Assembly (NCBI GenBank): GCA_003220195.1
Contig: QHRT01000067.1
Span: 1-18,463 of the forward strand
DNA length: 18,463 nucleotides
Direction: 5' to 3'
Source of the DNA: Candidatus Rokuibacteriota bacterium
Lineage (GTDB): Bacteria; Methylomirabilota; Methylomirabilia; Rokubacteriales; CSP1-6
The first letter of the stretch is position 1. Each line of letters opens with the position of its first letter. Positions 14,691 to 18,463 of this stretch are shown in pieces. The translations under genes and the position numbers were made by a program. The notes below the pieces were generated by a model. That model ran no database searches, was not told the DNA's origin, and worked only from the letters and a program-made list of their open reading frames with translations.

Positions 14691-16160
14691 TCAGACGAGA
14701 CTCTCCACGTCGCGCACCACCCGGTCGACGTCCGCTTCCGTCGTGCGGAAGCTGGTGACGCACGCCCGGACCACCGGGGCTTCGCCGGCGAGCCTGACTT
14801 CCGACATCCACGCGATCTGACGCTCCATCACGGTCGCGAGGAATTTCGTGACGTCGAGGCCGTCGCGGGTGAAGCACACGACCGGCAGCGGCGTTTCGTT
14901 CACGATGCGCCAACCGGTGCGCCGGAGCCCCTCGCGGAGACGCTCGCCCAGCCGGGCCTGGCGCTCGATCATCTCGACGTACCCCGACCGGCCGTGGTGC
15001 GCGAGCGACAGGAACAGCTTCAGCCCGATGAACCGCCGCGACCACTGCACCGACGTCGTGTACGGGTCGGCGACGACGCCGGCCGTCTTCCGCGGCATGT
15101 ACGACGTCTCGGCGTGAAACGCCGCGGCGACCGTCCCGGGATGACGACACAGAAACATGCCTGCGCCCATCGGCACCGAGAACCACTTGTGCGCGTCGCA
15201 CGTGATCGAGTCCGCGGCATCGATGCCGGTGAGTGCGCTCCGGAGACGCGGGGACAGAATCACCGCGCCGCCCCACGCCGCGTCGACGTGAAACCAGAGC
15301 CGCTCGGCTCTGCAGAACCGCGCGAGCTCCGGCAACGGATCGATGACTCCCGCGCCGGTCGTCCCCGCCGTCCCGACCACCATGAGCGGGACGAACCCGT
15401 CCCGACGGTCCTCGGCGACCTGCCGCGCGAGGTCGCGAAGATCCATCGTGAGCGACGCGCCGGTCGCAATCTTGCGCAGAGCGCGGCGCCCGAGTCCCGT
15501 CGTGTGCGCGATCTTCGCAAACGAGTGATGCGCCTCCCCGCTCAGGTAAAGCGTGGGCGACGCGCCGAGCGCGCCGAGCCCGTGCTCGCCATACGCGGGG
15601 AGCGCGCGGGTCAACGCGACGATCACGGCCGAGAAGTTCGCCTCGGCTCCGCCGGTCGTGAAGCAGGCACTCGCGTCCGCGGGAAATCCGAACTGCGATC
15701 CGATCCATCGGAGCGTGTGCCGCTCGATCTCGTTCGCCGCGGGCGACGTCCGCCACGTCGCGAGCTGCGGGTTGTACATCGCGGTCAGCGTGTCGCCGAC
15801 GACCGACGCCGGCGTCACGCTCGGATTGAAGAGCCCGAAGTACCGGGGATGGGTGACGTGCACCTGCCACGTTCCGAGCATGTGCTCGACGTCGTCCACC
15901 ACGTCGTCGAGCTCGAGCGGAGTCGTGAAGTCGTAGCGTGACCCGAGATGCTCGCGGATCTCTTCTGGCGTGACCGTCGGCACGATCGGGCCATCGCCGA
16001 TGGCGGCGGCGACCTGCGCGGCGTCGGCCGCGATCCGCTGCGCGACGGAGCGTGACCGCGCGTCATCGAGGCGCGCCCCGGCTGCGCCTGGGCGTGTCCG
16101 AGCGTCGGGGGGCTTGGGGGTCCCGTCTAGGCCCCCCATGTGGTGCTCAAAACGCCCCAT
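14691..16160 (-). CDS. Group II pyridoxal-phosphate-dependent amino-acid decarboxylase
   Basis: About 489 aa with the PLP-lysine motif SITCDAHKWFSVPMGAGMF and the fold-type I pattern (HVDAAWGG, TGGAEANFSAVIVAL, YLSGEAHHSFAKIA). Start is taken as ATG at rc 16158-16160, which overlaps the upstream gene stop by 14 nt. The alternative is ATG rc 16137-16139. The open frame extends to 16358 but that region overlaps the upstream GNAT gene C-terminus. Confidence 0.8.
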   Translation of the reverse strand: MGRFEHHMGGLDGTPKPPDARTRPGAAGARLDDARSRSVAQRIAADAAQVAAAIGDGPIVPTVTPEEIREHLGSRYDFTTPLELDDVVDDVEHMLGTWQVHVTHPRYFGLFNPSVTPASVVGDTLTAMYNPQLATWRTSPAANEIERHTLRWIGSQFGFPADASACFTTGGAEANFSAVIVALTRALPAYGEHGLGALGASPTLYLSGEAHHSFAKIAHTTGLGRRALRKIATGASLTMDLRDLARQVAEDRRDGFVPLMVVGTAGTTGAGVIDPLPELARFCRAERLWFHVDAAWGGAVILSPRLRSALTGIDAADSITCDAHKWFSVPMGAGMFLCRHPGTVAAAFHAETSYMPRKTAGVVADPYTTSVQWSRRFIGLKLFLSLAHHGRSGYVEMIERQARLGERLREGLRRTGWRIVNETPLPVVCFTRDGLDVTKFLATVMERQIAWMSEVRLAGEAPVVRACVTSFRTTEADVDRVVRDVESLV

Positions 16161-17171
16161 CGCCGTCCGCCGCGACCAGATCGAGCGAGGACGCCAGCGC
16201 CGCCGCATCGCCGTCGGCGATGACGAAGCTCCGCGGCGCGTCGAGCCTCCACGGAAGCGACCAGCGATTGGACGCTCCGCCGTCGACCCCGAGGCGATCG
16301 TGCAGGTAGAGCGCATCGCCCGTCGGCGCGCCGAGCCGCACGATCGCCGGAAACACATCCGCGAAGCTCATTCGCTCGCGCGGCCAGACCGCGTCGAGCA
16401 GCACGCGGCCGCGGATCTGTCCTTGTTCGGCGCCGTCCGTCCGTACCTCCACTCGAGACAGGCCGGTGACCGATCGGTGGTGATCGATCGCGCGGGGCGA
16501 TGACGCCGCGCGAGCGCGGCGAGCTTCTCCCAGTCCCGACACGGCTCGACCACGAGCTTCGTGCTCGGCCACGCCAGCCGACGCAGGACGGGATTGGTCC
16601 ACCTTCCGACCGCGCGCGCGCACTTCGCCACGGCAGGGTTCTCCGTGCGGCTGGCGAGGAACGCCGGCAACACGACGTCGAGATTCAGGTGGAACACGTA
16701 TTCCCGGTCCGATCTCGGGACTGCGGCCGCGCCGAGCGCCCGCCAGAGGGCGGCGGAATTCGCGTTGCAGCTGGTCGTGAAGAAGAACGCGTAGCCCGGC
16801 GTCTTCAGATGCTTCTTGAAGAGGTAGAACCCGAGCGTCCGGGCCTCGGGTTCGACGAAGTACGCGCCCGACCCGAGACCGGCGATCCGCCGATCTCCGG
16901 CCAGGAAGACGGCGGGGAACGACAGCAGCAGTCCCACCACGCGGCCGGCCTGGTCGCGGATGGAAAACCCGTGTCGAGGGTCGTCCGTCGCCACGGGGTT
17001 CTCCAGGAGCAGCCACTCGAGGTATCGCTCGATGCCGCGCTCGTCGACGCCACCAGGCCGCGCGGCTTCGGAATCATGCGACAGAAACCGGGCGATCTCG
17101 GGCAGCGCGGCCTCGCTGACCTGCTCGATCCCGAAGCGCGACGCCGCGCGGGAACGATCGATCACGCGCAT
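16147..17171 (-). pseudogene. GNAT-fold/FemAB-BioF2-like acyltransferase-family protein, interrupted by an apparent 1-nt frameshift near 16492-16500 (or sequencing error)
   Basis: The N-terminal part lies in the frame of ORF 16368..17270, starting at ATG rc 17169-17171, 4 nt after the upstream MetA-like stop (MRVIDRSRAASRFGIEQV…GAYFVEPEARTLGFYLFKKHLKTPGYAFFFTTSCNANSAALWRALGA…). The protein-like C-terminus lies in another frame, ORF 16147..17016 (…AIDHHRSVTGLSRVEVRTDG…ALYLHDRLGVDGG…). The frames switch at the run CGCGGGGCG (16491-16499). The family assignment is tentative. Confidence 0.5.
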
Positions 17172-18205
17172 CGCTGCACGAGCGCGTCGGCCTGCGCGGC
17201 GCCACCCGCCTTCTGCGCCGCGAGGTGCCCGAGCCAGTTGCGATAGAGCCGTACCGCGGCGGGCTGCCACCGGTTCGTGGGCGCCGCCCTACCGAGCGCC
17301 ATCTCCAGCTCATGAACTGCCTCTTCGCGGCGGCCGCCGAGCGCACGGTCGCGCACGATCGACAGCATCTCGGATGTCCGGTCGTCGAAGTACTCGCGGG
17401 GCATCGCCGGGTACGTTGCACGTTCGCCGTTCAGGAATCGTTTGACGTCCCGTCGATATTCGAGCATCAGCGTCTCGGCCTCGTATTCCGGGTGTCCCTG
17501 GAAGAACAGAAACAGGCTCGGTCCTTTCCTCACGAACGCATCGACACCCGCCCCGGGCGACCGCGTCAGCGCCCGGTACCCCGCCGCGACCAGCCTCTCC
17601 TCCGGCAGCTCGTTCCATCGCGAATGCGGCATGCGGATCCGGCGCGGCAGGCCGGCCGTCAGCGCGTCCGCGGCAACCGCACATTCGAAGACGCCGAACC
17701 TCTTGTCCTCGAGCGGACGGCGCTCGATACCGTCCAGATGGAGTACCGCCGCGTGGGCCGCGAGGCAGGACCAGATCGCGGAGCGCGTGTTCTTCTCGGC
17801 CCACGCGAAGAGCTGCGTGAGGCTCGGCCAGTACGGCTCGTCGCGAAGGTCTCGTGAGCGCGGCTCCGTTCCCGTCACGATCACCGCATCGAGCGGCGTG
17901 CCCCACAATTCCTCGACCGGTGAACAGGACCGCCGCACGTACTCCCGGCCGCGCTCCGAGCGCGGGACGTCGGGCAGCGCGTAGGACCGGAGCCGGACTC
18001 GCGTGGTTCCGGCGGCCGCCGCGAGGAGCGCGACGAACTGGCGTTCCGTCGCGGAGAGCGCGCTGTCGGGCATGTTGTTGACCAGGCCGATCGTGATCCA
18101 GCTCGCATCCGGTTCACGACCCGCGGCCGCGGAATCGCGGCGCGAACGATCGGCGACTCCGCTCGGGTGCGAGGTCGACGGCTCGAAGTCGAGCGACACA
18201 GGCAT
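17162..18205 (-). CDS. MetA-family homoserine O-acyl(succinyl/acetyl)transferase homologue
   Basis: 348 aa from ATG rc 18203-18205, preceded by a GGAGGAG ribosome-binding site. The MetA/HTS family pattern is present: ITIGLVNNMPD, VIVTGTEP, DEPYWPSLTQLFAWAEKNTRSAIWSCLAAHAAVLHLDGIERRPLEDKRFGVFEC. The catalytic Cys lies in the SCLAAH context and the His/Glu region is present. Confidence 0.8.
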   Translation of the reverse strand: MPVSLDFEPSTSHPSGVADRSRRDSAAAGREPDASWITIGLVNNMPDSALSATERQFVALLAAAAGTTRVRLRSYALPDVPRSERGREYVRRSCSPVEELWGTPLDAVIVTGTEPRSRDLRDEPYWPSLTQLFAWAEKNTRSAIWSCLAAHAAVLHLDGIERRPLEDKRFGVFECAVAADALTAGLPRRIRMPHSRWNELPEERLVAAGYRALTRSPGAGVDAFVRKGPSLFLFFQGHPEYEAETLMLEYRRDVKRFLNGERATYPAMPREYFDDRTSEMLSIVRDRALGGRREEAVHELEMALGRAAPTNRWQPAAVRLYRNWLGHLAAQKAGGAAQADALVQRCA

Positions 18206-18219
18206 CGGCTCCTCCGGGA

Positions 18220-18463
18220 TCAGGCCGAGGCGACTCGCGCGGGCGCGCACGACTCGTGGGACGAGAATCGCCAGCGGCGGTGCGCGGGCAGCGACCGCGA
18301 CAAGAGATGCTCGGTTCGGGCGGTGGCCTCGGCCAGCCCGCGGCTCGTCGCGTCGAAGAGCAGACCGACGACGCGCCCGCTGTGGGCCACCTGCAGACCG
18401 ACCGCACGGGTCGCGCGCGCCACACGCAGCAAGTCGTCGAAATGCGGCACCGGAAGATATCGC
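18220..18463 (-). CDS. 3' end of an unidentified minus-strand gene continuing beyond the window
   Basis: An open minus-strand frame runs from the window edge to a stop at 18220 (…PHFDDLLRVARATRAVGLQVAHSGRVVGLLFDATSRGLAEATA…). It lies immediately upstream of, and co-directional with, the MetA-like gene. I recognise no family. Confidence 0.25.
   Translation of the reverse strand, partial: RYLPVPHFDDLLRVARATRAVGLQVAHSGRVVGLLFDATSRGLAEATARTEHLLSRSLPAHRRWRFSSHESCAPARVASA

Noticed and set aside
13182-15941. 919-aa + strand ORF and 407-aa minus-strand ORF (14647..15870) across the binding-protein and decarboxylase region
   Set aside because: These are antisense or out-of-frame to two well-supported genes (family-5 binding protein with signal peptide, PLP decarboxylase with DAHKW lysine motif). 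Their translations are low-complexity Arg/Asp/Gly-rich.
16100-16160. GGGGGGC…GCCCCCC inverted repeat with a CTAG core around the decarboxylase start
   Set aside because: The 7-bp G/C stem is weak evidence in about 70% GC DNA. It lies inside or overlapping coding sequence of the GNAT C-terminus and the decarboxylase N-terminus. At most it is relevant to choosing between the two candidate decarboxylase ATGs.
16500-17246. 248-aa + strand ORF and other + strand ORFs (16960..17445, 17225..17857) over the GNAT and MetA-like genes
   Set aside because: They are antisense to genes with clear family motifs and tight operon coupling. Their translations have no motifs and are Arg/Gly/Pro-rich.

Overview
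High-GC (about 70%) bacterial chromosomal segment. An AsmA/DUF748-like giant envelope protein, signal-peptide proteins and GGAGG-type ribosome-binding sites point to a Gram-negative-type organism. I support about 18 protein-coding genes and no rRNA, tRNA, CRISPR or mobile-element signatures. The six-frame track is full of long antisense ORFs typical of high-GC DNA, which I discounted.

Gene content from 5' to 3':
- (i) A tightly coupled three-gene operon: an SPFH/band-7 protein, a divergent NAD-kinase-family protein and a Nudix hydrolase fused to an NrtR-type winged-helix domain.
- (ii) A tandem-ACT-domain protein on the minus strand.
- (iii) A DUF4142 periplasmic protein whose signal peptide sits in a different frame (apparent 1-nt indel in a G-run).
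- (iv) A lone Ku (NHEJ) gene with no ATG/GTG start, preceded by a 44-bp bulged palindrome and two 13-bp direct repeats.
- (v) A class-I SAM methyltransferase, 18 bp divergent from (vi).
- (vi) A 1680-aa AsmA/DUF748-like envelope protein built from about 210-aa internal repeats.
- (vii) A perfect 21-bp x5 tandem repeat in the intergenic region upstream of (viii).
- (viii) A cobalt-type nitrile hydratase cluster in beta-alpha order (alpha carries VCTLCSCY). Its accessory protein is fused to an N-terminal Cys-rich thioredoxin-like-ferredoxin-type domain.
- (ix) A convergent family-5 ABC substrate-binding protein with a near-consensus sigma70-like promoter.
- (x) A minus-strand operon: MetA-family homoserine O-acyltransferase homologue, GNAT-fold protein (frameshifted at a G-run), and group-II PLP-dependent decarboxylase.

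Best candidates for something undescribed:
- the SPFH/NadK-like/Nudix-wHTH module;
- the ferredoxin-like::nitrile-hydratase-activator fusion;
- the 21-bp repeat array;
- the MetA-like/GNAT/decarboxylase module.

All functional calls come from reading motifs in the translations, not from database searches.
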